A program made the position numbers and the translations under genes. DNA of 64,000 nucleotides. Origin: an uncultured Solirubrobacterales bacterium. Lineage in GTDB: Bacteria; Actinomycetota; Thermoleophilia; Solirubrobacterales; 70-9. Positions 10,763-19,526 of this stretch are shown here, piece by piece (position 1 is the first letter of the stretch; the number at the start of each line of letters is the position of its first letter). Location: contig CAWCYG010000007.1 in the NCBI GenBank assembly GCA_963799815.1, forward strand, positions 117,019-181,018, in the 5' to 3' direction. Below the pieces are notes generated by a model that made no database searches, was not told the origin of the DNA, and saw nothing but the letters and a program-made list of their open reading frames with translations.

Positions 10763-12153
10763 CCGTCGGTGACGTCGCTCGCGAAGGACTCGAACGCGTT
10801 CAGATAGCGCTCCACGTCTTCGTCGGAGTGGGCGATCGACAGCGTCCACTCCTCCTCGACACCCGGCGTCATGAAGATGCCGTTGTTCATGTGATAGAGC
10901 CAGCCGAGCGTCGCGAGCTCACCATCGACAGTCTGGAGATAGTCGCGGTACTCACGCAGCGGCTCGGGCGCGAAGACCACGCACCCCTTCGCTCCCATTC
11001 CCTCCGTGTAGGCGGGGAGCCCGTACTTCTCGACGATCTCGGCGCAGGCGGCCTTGAGCTTCTCGTTCGTGGTTTCGAGCTGCTCGTAGGCGTCGGCGAC
11101 GAGGACCTCGGTGAGGGTGGCCTGCGCGGCCGCCATCACCAGCGGGTTCCCGTTGAACGTCCCGTACTGGTGCACGCGCCCGGACGAGACGAGCTCGGCG
11201 ATCTCCTCGGTCATCCCGATCGCGCCGCCCGGATAGCCGCCGCAGGTGGCCTTGGCGAGAGTGACCATGTCGGGCTGCACGCCGAAGCGCCTGGTGGCGC
11301 CGCCGTAGGAGATGGTCGCGCCCGTCTTCACCTCGTCGAAGATCAGCTTGACCCCGTGCTGCGTGCAGAGTTCGCGCACGCGCTCGAGGTAGCCCTCGAC
11401 CGGCGGGATGATGTTGATGTTCATCATCGCCGGCTCCATGATCAGCCCGGCCACCCGACCCTCCAGCTTGCCGAGCACGCTCTCGAGCGCGTCGGCGTCG
11501 TTGAAGGGGACCGCGCGCGTCAGCTCCGTGAGCGCCTTCGGATAGCCCTCCCCGTAGACGACCGAGCGGGGGTCGTCGCGCTCGCCGAGCTCTTCGAGGT
11601 CGGGGTAGACGGAGACCATCACCGCGTCGTGGTGACCGTGGTAGGAGCCCTCGATCTTGAGGATCATGTCCCTGCCGGTGGCGCCGCGGGAGAGGTGGAC
11701 AGCGTCCATGGTCGACTCGGTGCCGGAGTTGGTAAAGCGCCACTGCGGCAGGTTGAACCGTCTCTGCAGCTCCTCGGCGACGACGATCGAGCCGTCGGTG
11801 GGCGCCGCGAAGTGGGTTCCCTCATCGACGCGAGCCTTGACGGCGGCTCCCACGGTCGGATTCGCGTGACCGATCACGACCACGCCGAAGCCGTTATGGA
11901 AGTCGGTGTACTCGTTGCCGTCGACGTCCCAGACGCGTGAGCCTTCGCCGCGGTCGATGTAGACGGGCCACGGATCGTTCTCCTGGAAGGACGAGGGGAC
12001 GCCGCCCGGCATCACCTTTACCGCGCGCTCGTAGCGGCGGTTCGACTCGGGAGTGCGATCGGCGAACTTCTTGAGCTCGCGCTCGGTCAGTTCCTTGACT
12101 CGGCCCCTGTCGATCGATGTCGCGGTGCCCGTCGTGGTCGTCTGGACTGTCAT
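10759..12153 (-). CDS. Class-III PLP aminotransferase (glutamate-1-semialdehyde aminomutase-like)
   Basis: 464 aa. Diagnostic segments: DVDGNEYTDFHNGFGVVVIGHANP, RFTNSGTESTMDAVHLSR, LIFDEVKTG, TLAKATCGGYPGGAIG. Confidence 0.9.
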   Translation of the reverse strand: MTVQTTTTGTATSIDRGRVKELTERELKKFADRTPESNRRYERAVKVMPGGVPSSFQENDPWPVYIDRGEGSRVWDVDGNEYTDFHNGFGVVVIGHANPTVGAAVKARVDEGTHFAAPTDGSIVVAEELQRRFNLPQWRFTNSGTESTMDAVHLSRGATGRDMILKIEGSYHGHHDAVMVSVYPDLEELGERDDPRSVVYGEGYPKALTELTRAVPFNDADALESVLGKLEGRVAGLIMEPAMMNINIIPPVEGYLERVRELCTQHGVKLIFDEVKTGATISYGGATRRFGVQPDMVTLAKATCGGYPGGAIGMTEEIAELVSSGRVHQYGTFNGNPLVMAAAQATLTEVLVADAYEQLETTNEKLKAACAEIVEKYGLPAYTEGMGAKGCVVFAPEPLREYRDYLQTVDGELATLGWLYHMNNGIFMTPGVEEEWTLSIAHSDEDVERYLNAFESFASDVTDG

Positions 12154-12288
12154 CCTCGTCCTGCTTCCTTCCGGGTATCAAGTGGTTCCCGGGAGCGTAC
12201 CGTCCGGCTGGGGGCTGCCGTGTACAAGCCTCCCCCGGCGACTGCGCCGGTCCGGCGTCGCACGTCGGCTATAACGACTGGAGGAACG

Positions 12289-13212
12289 ATGCAGCTAGAG
12301 GGAATCCACCACATCACCGCGATCACCGGCGACGCCCAGCGAAACGTCGACTTCTACGCAGGCACCCTGGGCCTGCGCATGGTGAAGAAGACGGTGAACC
12401 AGGACCAGCCGACGGTCTACCACCTCTTCTACGCAGACGAGAAGGGCTCGCCCGGGGCGGACCTCACGTTCTTCGAGTTCAGGGGCGCGCCCCCGGGGCG
12501 CGCCGGCGCCGGGATGGTGCATCGCGTCGTCTGGCGCGTTGCCTCGGAGGATGCGCTCCAGTTCTGGGCCGAGCGCCTGGGCGCTGCGGGCACGGAGGCC
12601 AGGCGCGAGAACGGCTCGCTGCGTTTCGCCGACCCGGAGGGCCTGGAGCACGAGCTCGCCGTGGTGGAGACCTCCGACGAACCGCTCATCGCCGACCACC
12701 CCGAGGTGCCGCGTGAGCTTGCGCTGCAGGGCTTTCACGCAGCGCACGCCTACGCCGGCGACCCGGCCGCGAGCGCCGCGCTTTTGGGCGAGGCGCTCGG
12801 CTTCGCCGGTGAAGGCTCTGAGTGGGAAGCACGCGGCGAGCGCCGCGGCGGGCTCTGGATCTACGACGAGCCGCCGAGCGAGCCGGGCGTGCAGGCGGCG
12901 GGTACCGTCCACCACATCGCCTGGGCGTCGGAGATGGACGACCACGAGCATTGGCGCCGGCGCGCGATCGAGGGCGGAGCGCATCCCACCCAGGTGATCG
13001 ACAGGTTCTGGTTTCGCTCGATCTACTTCCGAGAGCCGAGCGGCGTGCTCTTCGAGATCGCCACGCTCGGCCCGGGCTTCGAGGTCGACGAGGATCCCGA
13101 GCACCTGGGCGAGAAGCTGATCCTGCCGCCGTTCCTCGAGGACCGCCGCCAGGAGATCGAGGCCGCGCTCGTTCCCGTGACCAATCCTCGCGCCACCTCG
13201 ACAGCGTCATGA
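12289..13212 (+). CDS. Ring-cleaving dioxygenase, VOC (glyoxalase) superfamily, MhqO-like
   Basis: ATG at aa 24 of ORF 12220..13212, behind GGAGGA. It reads LEGIHHITAITGDAQRNVDFYAGTLGLRMVKKTVNQDQPTVYHLFYAD and has a second VOC module with VHHIAW. Confidence 0.85.
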   Translation: MQLEGIHHITAITGDAQRNVDFYAGTLGLRMVKKTVNQDQPTVYHLFYADEKGSPGADLTFFEFRGAPPGRAGAGMVHRVVWRVASEDALQFWAERLGAAGTEARRENGSLRFADPEGLEHELAVVETSDEPLIADHPEVPRELALQGFHAAHAYAGDPAASAALLGEALGFAGEGSEWEARGERRGGLWIYDEPPSEPGVQAAGTVHHIAWASEMDDHEHWRRRAIEGGAHPTQVIDRFWFRSIYFREPSGVLFEIATLGPGFEVDEDPEHLGEKLILPPFLEDRRQEIEAALVPVTNPRATSTAS

Positions 13213-14228
13213 CCCGGACGCTTCGCCTGGTCGCGTCCGCGAACGCAGCGGCGAACGGATCCGGCGCTGAGCGGGCGCGTGGACGCCCCGGCGATGAGGC
13301 GCTCGACGCGTACTCACGAACTGTCACCGAGGTGGCGGGGCGGCTGGCGCCGGCGGTTGCGAGCCTGCGTGTGATGCGCCGGACCCGCCGTGGCTCGATG
13401 CCCGTGGGCGCGGGCAGCGGCGTGGCGGTCTCGGCTGACGGCTTTCTGCTGACCTCGGCCCACGTGGTGGGAGAGCGGGGCGCCAGCGGGCGCGCCGCCT
13501 TCGACGACGGGCGCGAGCTGCGCTTCGACGTCGTCGGCTCGGATCCCCTCTCCGACCTCGCGATCATCCGCACTGACGAGGGCGAGCTTCCGCCGGCGGA
13601 GCTGGGCGACGCCGACGAGCTGCGCGTGGGTCAGCTCGTTGTCGCGATCGGCAACCCGCATGGGCTGGCGGGCTCGGTGACGGCCGGCGTCGTCTCGGCC
13701 CTCGGGCGTTCGCTACCCGCGGGCGACCGCCGGCGTGCTCGCATCATCGACAACGTGATTCAGACCGACGCGGCGCTCAACCCCGGCAACTCGGGAGGAG
13801 CGCTCGCTGATGGCGCCGGTCGCCTGGTGGGGATCAACACCGCCGTCGCCGGCATCGGCCTCGGCCTCGCCGTGCCCGTGAACGCCGCGACCCGGGCGAT
13901 CGTCGGCGAGCTCATCGCCACCGGCCGCGTCCGTCGTGCCTTCCTCGGGATCGCCGGCGGCCCCCGTCCCCTGCCTCCGAACGCCCGGCGCGGGCGGGCG
14001 CAGCGCGAGGCCGTCGAGGTGATCGAGGTCGTTACCGCGAGTCCCGCAGACCGGGCGGGTCTCCGTGACGGAGACCTCGTGCTCGAGCTGGACGGCCGCC
14101 AGGTGCGAAGCGCCACCGACCTGCAGCGGATGATGGTCGCAGGCTTGATCGGCAGGCCCGTGCCGGTGCTGGTGTGGCGGGCCGGGGAGGAGCTCAGCCT
14201 CGAGCTCACCCCCGACGAGCTGAACTGA
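13209..14228 (+). CDS. HtrA/DegP-type S1C serine protease with C-terminal PDZ domain
   Basis: The ATG overlaps the upstream stop (ATGA). Catalytic triad context is present (LLTSAHVV, DLAIIR, TDAALNPGNSGGAL). A PDZ-like tail follows. Confidence 0.85.
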   Translation: MTRTLRLVASANAAANGSGAERARGRPGDEALDAYSRTVTEVAGRLAPAVASLRVMRRTRRGSMPVGAGSGVAVSADGFLLTSAHVVGERGASGRAAFDDGRELRFDVVGSDPLSDLAIIRTDEGELPPAELGDADELRVGQLVVAIGNPHGLAGSVTAGVVSALGRSLPAGDRRRARIIDNVIQTDAALNPGNSGGALADGAGRLVGINTAVAGIGLGLAVPVNAATRAIVGELIATGRVRRAFLGIAGGPRPLPPNARRGRAQREAVEVIEVVTASPADRAGLRDGDLVLELDGRQVRSATDLQRMMVAGLIGRPVPVLVWRAGEELSLELTPDELN

Positions 14229-14250
14229 CTTCTCCCTCCGGGCTCTATGC

Positions 14251-14262
14251 GAACATGTGTTC
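14251..14262. promoter_or_regulatory. LexA (SOS/Cheo) box GAACATGTGTTC
   Basis: This is a perfect GAAC-N4-GTTC palindrome, with flanks cGAACatgtGTTCg. It contains the GTG at 14257 and abuts the GTG at 14263 of the radical SAM gene. Confidence 0.7.
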
Positions 14263-15213
14263 GTGCGCTGGGAGCATCTCGAAAAGGGGAAGGAGCGGCA
14301 GCAGAGCCTGCCGGGGTTGAGCGAGCCGGTTGTGCGGACGTTCGACGCGCCCGAGGCCGTCGGCATCCGCTTTCACGAGATCCACGCCCGGACGGCGATC
14401 AACGCCGTGCCAAAGCAGTCGCGCATGTTCTTCCGCTGGACGATCAACCCTTACAGGGGTTGCACGCACGCTTGCCTCTACTGCTTCGCTCGCCCCACCC
14501 ACACCTACCTCGACCTGAACGCGCGGGAGGACTTCGAGCGGGAGATCGTCGTCAAGGTGAACACGCCCGAGCGCGTGCGGGCCGACCTCTCGAAGCGCGC
14601 TTGGAGGGGCGAGCACGTCGCGCTGGGGACGAACACCGATCCCTACCAGTGGGTCGAAGGGCGCTACCGGATCACGCGCGGCGTCTGGGAGGCGATGCGG
14701 GACTTCCGCAACCCGTGCTCGGTCCTCACCAAATCGCCGCTTCTCCTCCGCGACCTCGACCTCTTCCGGGAGCTGGTCGAGGTGACGGAGTTCTCAGCGA
14801 ACCTTTCGATCCCGACGCTCGAGGAAAAGGTCTGGCGGCAGACCGAGCCGCACACGCCGCACCCGCGGACACGCATCGAGGCCGTTGCCGAGCTCAGGCG
14901 GAACGGCATCCCCTCGAACGTGCTCATCGCGCCGCTCATGCCGGGGATAAACGACGCGCCTGAGCAGGTGGAGAAGCTGCTTGAGCTCTGCGGCGAGGCG
15001 GGCGCGGGCAACGTGACCCCGATCGGCCTGCATCTTCGAGGAGAGGTCCGCGACATCTTCTTCGACTGGCTGCGGCAGTACCGGCCCGACCTGATCCCGC
15101 GCTACGAGCACCTCTATCAGCGTGGGGCCTACCTGCCAACCGCGGAGCGAAAGCGCCTCGCCGCCCTCGCCGCCGGGCGGCGCAAGGCCGGCAACGCCCG
15201 CGGGGTCGCTTAG
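14257..15213 (+). CDS. Rv2578c-family radical SAM protein
   Basis: 318 aa. It has a CxxxCxxC cluster motif (GCTHACLYCFARPTH) and family-typical GTNTDPYQ. The alternative start GTG 14263 would give MRWEHL..., like mycobacterial homologues. Confidence 0.85.
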   Translation: MFVRWEHLEKGKERQQSLPGLSEPVVRTFDAPEAVGIRFHEIHARTAINAVPKQSRMFFRWTINPYRGCTHACLYCFARPTHTYLDLNAREDFEREIVVKVNTPERVRADLSKRAWRGEHVALGTNTDPYQWVEGRYRITRGVWEAMRDFRNPCSVLTKSPLLLRDLDLFRELVEVTEFSANLSIPTLEEKVWRQTEPHTPHPRTRIEAVAELRRNGIPSNVLIAPLMPGINDAPEQVEKLLELCGEAGAGNVTPIGLHLRGEVRDIFFDWLRQYRPDLIPRYEHLYQRGAYLPTAERKRLAALAAGRRKAGNARGVA

Positions 15214-17264
15214 ATCTCGCCGTCGCCGGGGCTGCCCGGCGCCGAAGCCGCCTGCCGTTCCTCTACAAGGCGGCAGAACATCTCCGCAATTCGCGGCTCG
15301 AACTTCGCGCCGGCGTCGGCTCGGATCTCGGCGAGGGCGTCCGCCACGCTCATGCTCGGCGAGTACACCCGCTCGGAGCGCATCGCGTCGAAGGCGTCGC
15401 AGACGAAGATGATGCGCGAGGCGAGGGGGATGTCTGCGCCGGCCGTTCCGTCGGGGTACCCGGCTCCGTCCCAGCGCTCGTGGGACGAGCGCACCACGCG
15501 TGCCACGGGCGCCAGCGCCGGTGAGACGCCGAGGATGCGTTCCCCGATCAGCGTGTGCTTGCGCACCAGCTCCCACTCCAGCTCGTCGAGGGGGCCAGGC
15601 TTGGCGAGGATCTCGTCGGGGATCGCGATCTTGCCGATGTCGTGGAATTCGGCCGCTCGCATGAGGACATCCACGTCCTCCGCCGGCAGCTCGAGCTCGC
15701 GCGCGAGCCTCGCGGCCAGCGAGACGACCCTTCCCTGGTGCTCGCTCACGGTCGGCTCGCGCTCGCGCAGGATGCGGGTGAGCAGATCATGGGTCTGGCG
15801 GTCGACCCTGCCCGGCCTCGCGCCCTTCTCGGCGTACATGCGGTTGTCCGCGAGCCTCAGGGCGGCGCTCGCCGAAGCGGCCTCCAGCGGCAGCCGCACG
15901 ACGCCGCCCGAGGCGCCGATCTCAAACCCATCGCCCCTGGCGGTCAGCGCTGCCCGGGCCCCCTCGACGACGGCGGCCATGGGACGGTCGCCGGGGTCAA
16001 CGAGGACGCAGAACTCGTCCCCGCCGAGCCGGTAGGCGGCGCCGTCGGAACGGACGACGGACTGCAGGCTTCGGCCGAGGCGACGAAGCAGCGCGTCGCC
16101 GGCGGGATGGCCGAAGCTGTCGTTGTAGGCCTTGAAGCCATCGAGGTCGAACAGAGCGAAGACCCGGTTGCGCGGCCCTCGGGCATCCAGGAGCCGCTCC
16201 AGGTGGGTGAACATCTGACGGCGGTTGCCGAGCCCCGTGAGGGGGTCCGTGACCGCATCCGAGTGGAGCGTGTTCATCAGTCGCACGTTTTCCCGCGCGC
16301 TTGCGGCCAGGCGCACCAGCACCAGCACGAGCGTTGCCGCGGCCAGCCAGACGGAGATGGCGTTGACCGACTCGAACTGGTCCCAGATCATCACTCCGAT
16401 CGCGATCGAGGCGAAGATCGAGGGGGCGAGGCTGGACGCCCGATATGCCGGTCCGCGCATTGGTCGGTCGGGAACCGGGAAGAGGGCGGCCGCGCCGATC
16501 AGGAGGGCACCCACGAGCCAGCCGTTGTCAAGCCACCCGACCGAGTAGGAGCTGGTCGCCTCCGCGTAGAGGTAGTACGAGTCGGAGATCCCCCAGACGA
16601 GCAGACCCGCGAGCAGGGTGAGAATCGCCCCCGCGTTCCGGATCCCGCCAACGATCAGGGCGCCGACGAGCAACGCGATCAGCAAGAGATCGCCGAGCGG
16701 ATAGGCCATGTTCGTGATCACGGCAGCGGTATCACCGCGCGTCAGGCCAACGAGGGTGGGGGCGAGCACCGCGGTCCCAAACGCCGCCGCCGCGAGCGCC
16801 CCGATCGCGCCGTCGAGCCAACTCGCCGGACTGAGATTGCCGATTCGGCCGCTGACGAGCAGGACGACGCCGACGTAGAAGCAGGGCAGGGCGGCGAGGT
16901 AGCCGACGTCCGCCCACGAGGGATACGGGATCTTGTCCACGCCCTCGAAAGCGAGCGTCCAGTAGAGGTCGGCGAGGGCCCAGCTGAGCAGGCCGACTCC
17001 GAGTGCGATCCAGGCTCCGCTCAGCACCCGCGAGGCGGACGCCCGCACCAAACAGGCGATCCCCGGCAGCAGAATCGCGCCGTTGTAGGCATAGATCTCG
17101 GCGGCGTCGTAGAGCCAGGCCGGCTTCCCCACCGCGAGGTACCCCGCGTATAGGAGCAGGCACAGGACCGCGAGCACGAACAAGGCTTGCACCACGCGCT
17201 CGGGGCTGGGACGTTGGAATCTCATCGACGCCAGCTCCCCACGGCTGGCGCTCATGTTCGCCAT
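15210..17264 (-). CDS. Membrane sensor with GGDEF diguanylate cyclase and HD-GYP phosphodiesterase domains
   Basis: 684 aa. About 9 TM helices are followed by a GGDEF domain (DPLTGLGNRR...RLGGDEFCVLV). An HD-GYP domain follows (FHDIGKIAIP...HERWDGAGYPDG...DAFDAM). Confidence 0.9.
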   Translation of the reverse strand: MANMSASRGELASMRFQRPSPERVVQALFVLAVLCLLLYAGYLAVGKPAWLYDAAEIYAYNGAILLPGIACLVRASASRVLSGAWIALGVGLLSWALADLYWTLAFEGVDKIPYPSWADVGYLAALPCFYVGVVLLVSGRIGNLSPASWLDGAIGALAAAAFGTAVLAPTLVGLTRGDTAAVITNMAYPLGDLLLIALLVGALIVGGIRNAGAILTLLAGLLVWGISDSYYLYAEATSSYSVGWLDNGWLVGALLIGAAALFPVPDRPMRGPAYRASSLAPSIFASIAIGVMIWDQFESVNAISVWLAAATLVLVLVRLAASARENVRLMNTLHSDAVTDPLTGLGNRRQMFTHLERLLDARGPRNRVFALFDLDGFKAYNDSFGHPAGDALLRRLGRSLQSVVRSDGAAYRLGGDEFCVLVDPGDRPMAAVVEGARAALTARGDGFEIGASGGVVRLPLEAASASAALRLADNRMYAEKGARPGRVDRQTHDLLTRILREREPTVSEHQGRVVSLAARLARELELPAEDVDVLMRAAEFHDIGKIAIPDEILAKPGPLDELEWELVRKHTLIGERILGVSPALAPVARVVRSSHERWDGAGYPDGTAGADIPLASRIIFVCDAFDAMRSERVYSPSMSVADALAEIRADAGAKFEPRIAEMFCRLVEERQAASAPGSPGDGEI

Positions 17265-17419
17265 GCCTCTCTATATCGGCACGGGAGCCGCGTGGGTCAA
17301 GGCCACGAGGCGGTGCGAGGTCGCTGTTTCAACGATCGACCTTCGTGGAATAGACCCAAGAGAGGAGAAAGCCCGGTTTGGGGGACCGGGGAGTTCGAAC
17401 CCTAACCAGGGGAGGACGA

Positions 17420-17857
17420 ATGGCTGATCAGCCTCAGGACGGACACGGCAACGGCGCGCCCGAGCGGCCCGCCGCCGGCTCCGAGGCCCGAGCGGGCGGC
17501 TCGGCGCACCATCCCGAGATCGACTGGGAGGCCGCCGCGAACTCGCCCGAGTTCAAGGAGCTGATCCAGAAGCGCCGCTCCTTCGTGCTCCCCGTGCTGG
17601 GGTTCGTCTTCGTCTGGTACTTCGGCTTCATCGCTCTGGCGGGGTATGCCCCGGACTTCATGGGTGAGCGCCTGATCGACGGGTTTACGGTCGGCTATGC
17701 GCTGGCGCTCTCGCAGTTCGTCATGACCTGGGTTCTCGGCTGGCTCTACCTGAAGCGCGCGGATCGCGACTTCGACCCCCTCGCGAAGGCCGCCGCGGAG
17801 AAGGCCCTTCAGGCCGGCAGGGCTGCCGCCCCGGCGAGCGGTGAGGTGGCCCGATGA
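17420..17857 (+). CDS. DUF485 (YjcH-like) small membrane protein
   Basis: ATG behind GGGGAGGA. It has two TM helices (RRSFVLPVLGFVFVWYFGFIAL...). It overlaps actP by ATGA, which is the typical partner arrangement. Confidence 0.85.
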   Translation: MADQPQDGHGNGAPERPAAGSEARAGGSAHHPEIDWEAAANSPEFKELIQKRRSFVLPVLGFVFVWYFGFIALAGYAPDFMGERLIDGFTVGYALALSQFVMTWVLGWLYLKRADRDFDPLAKAAAEKALQAGRAAAPASGEVAR

Positions 17858-19512
17858 CCGCGGCGCTGACATTCGGCGCCGTCAACGTCGAAGCCGTATC
17901 GATCTTCGCGGTCGTCCTCGCGATTACCCTGGCGATCACCTATTGGGCCTCGAAGCGCACCAAGGACGCGACCACGTTCTGGGCGGCTGGCAGAGGGATC
18001 ACAGGGGTGCAGAACGGCTTCGCGATCGCCGGCGACTACATGTCGGCGGCATCGTTCCTCGGGATCGCCGGGCTCATCTTCCTGTTCGGGTTCGACGGGT
18101 TCCTTTACTCCGTCGGGTTCCTGGTCGCGTTCCTGATCGTGCTCTACCTGCTGGCCGAGCGCATGCGCAACGCGGGCAAGTTCACCATCGCCGACGTCCT
18201 GTCGTTCCGCCTGAACGAACGACCCGCGCGGGTGGCGGCAGCCCTCGGCACGCTGGTGGTCGCCGGCTTCTACCTGATCGCGCAGATGGTGGGCGCGGGA
18301 GCGCTCATCGACCTGCTGGTCGGAATCAATTTCAACGTCGCCGTCCTCGCGACGGGCATCTTCATGCTCTGTTACGTGATCTTCGGTGGCATGCTCGCCA
18401 CGACTTGGGTGCAGATCATCAAGGCGGTCCTGCTGATGACTGCCACGGTCATCCTCTCGCTGTTCGTGCTCGGCAACATCGGCTGGAACCCGATCGACAT
18501 CTTCGACGACGCCGCTGCGCAGACCGAGGACGCCGACGCCTACCTCGCACCCGGCCTGAACTTCACCAACCCGATCGACACGCTCTCGCTCGGGATCGGG
18601 CTGCTGCTCGGGACCGCCGGGCTGCCGCACATCCTGATGCGCTTCTTCACCGTGCCCGACGCGAAGGCAGCGCGCTCGTCGGTCGTCTGGGCCGTGGGCC
18701 TGATCGGCACGTTCTACGTGATGACGACTTTCCTCGGCTTCGGTGCCCGGGCTCTGCTCGGCGAGGAGGGCACCACGGACGCCGTCGATCCAGCCGGCAA
18801 CCTCGCGGCCCCGCTGTTGGCTCAGAGCGTCGGCGGCGGTGACGGCACGTTCGGCGGCGACGCCTTCCTGGCGATCATCGCCGCGGTCGCGTTCGCGACG
18901 ATCCTCGCGGTTGTCGCGGGCCTCGTGATCTCGGCGTCGGGCGCGGTCGCACACGACGTCTGGTCGAATGTGATCCGCAAGGGACGCGACTCCGAGCACG
19001 AGGAGGTCTACGTCGCGCGCATCGCCGCTGGAGGCATCGGTGCGATCGCGATCGCGATCGCGATCATCGGCGGTTCTGACCTGAACGTCTCCTACATGGT
19101 CGGCCTCGCCTTCGCCGTCGCTGCGAGCGCGAACTTCCCAGCGCTTCTCTTGGCGCTCACGTGGCGCCGCTTCAACACGACCGGCGCCGTCTGCGGCGTC
19201 CTCTTCGGAGTGGTCAGCTCGGTTGGGCTTGTGCTGCTGGGACCGGACGTGAAGACGTCCGATCCGCTGATCGAGCTGACCCAGCCCGCGATCATCTCCG
19301 TGCCGCTGGGCTTCCTCGGATGCATCCTTGGCTCACTGCTCTCGAAGGACGAGTCGAGGGCCGAGCGCGGGTTCGACGAGCTCCATGTCCGGGCGGAGAC
19401 CGGCCTCGGGGCGGAGGTGCCGATTGAGGGAGCGGGGCTCGCGCCCCGTCCCCGGCGGCACACTGAGCGGGTTCCCGCGGGAGCAGGGGCGCCAAGCGGG
19501 CACGCTGAGTAG
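17854..19512 (+). CDS. actP: Cation/acetate symporter (SSS family)
   Basis: 552 aa. It is ActP-like throughout (GRGITGVQNGFAIAGDYMSAASFLGIAG, LGTAGLPHILMRFFTVP). Confidence 0.9.
   Translation: MTAALTFGAVNVEAVSIFAVVLAITLAITYWASKRTKDATTFWAAGRGITGVQNGFAIAGDYMSAASFLGIAGLIFLFGFDGFLYSVGFLVAFLIVLYLLAERMRNAGKFTIADVLSFRLNERPARVAAALGTLVVAGFYLIAQMVGAGALIDLLVGINFNVAVLATGIFMLCYVIFGGMLATTWVQIIKAVLLMTATVILSLFVLGNIGWNPIDIFDDAAAQTEDADAYLAPGLNFTNPIDTLSLGIGLLLGTAGLPHILMRFFTVPDAKAARSSVVWAVGLIGTFYVMTTFLGFGARALLGEEGTTDAVDPAGNLAAPLLAQSVGGGDGTFGGDAFLAIIAAVAFATILAVVAGLVISASGAVAHDVWSNVIRKGRDSEHEEVYVARIAAGGIGAIAIAIAIIGGSDLNVSYMVGLAFAVAASANFPALLLALTWRRFNTTGAVCGVLFGVVSSVGLVLLGPDVKTSDPLIELTQPAIISVPLGFLGCILGSLLSKDESRAERGFDELHVRAETGLGAEVPIEGAGLAPRPRRHTERVPAGAGAPSGHAE
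19042..19065 (+). repeat. (GCGATC)x4 perfect hexanucleotide repeat inside actP
   Basis: The DNA reads tgcgatcgcgatcgcgatcgcgatcatc and encodes AIAIAIAI within a TM segment. Confidence 0.8.
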
Positions 19513-19526
19513 GGTCGAGGGAGCCG

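Noticed and set aside
12822-13208. Long N-terminal extensions offered by the ORF track. Examples are 12822..14228, 42734..44314, 26314..26787, 24140..25213, 56493..57608, 58830..59765 and 59182..60324.
   Set aside because: The extensions overlap the neighbouring real gene and are low-complexity. Internal ATG/GTG codons sit at 4-nt stop/start overlaps or behind GGAGG-like sites, and they give N-termini that match the protein families.
17378-17402. A tRNA-like T-arm string (ggggagttcgaaccc) upstream of the DUF485 gene.
   Set aside because: The flanks do not form a T-stem. No acceptor, D or anticodon arms can be folded from the neighbouring sequence. It is probably a chance match to GTTCGAA.
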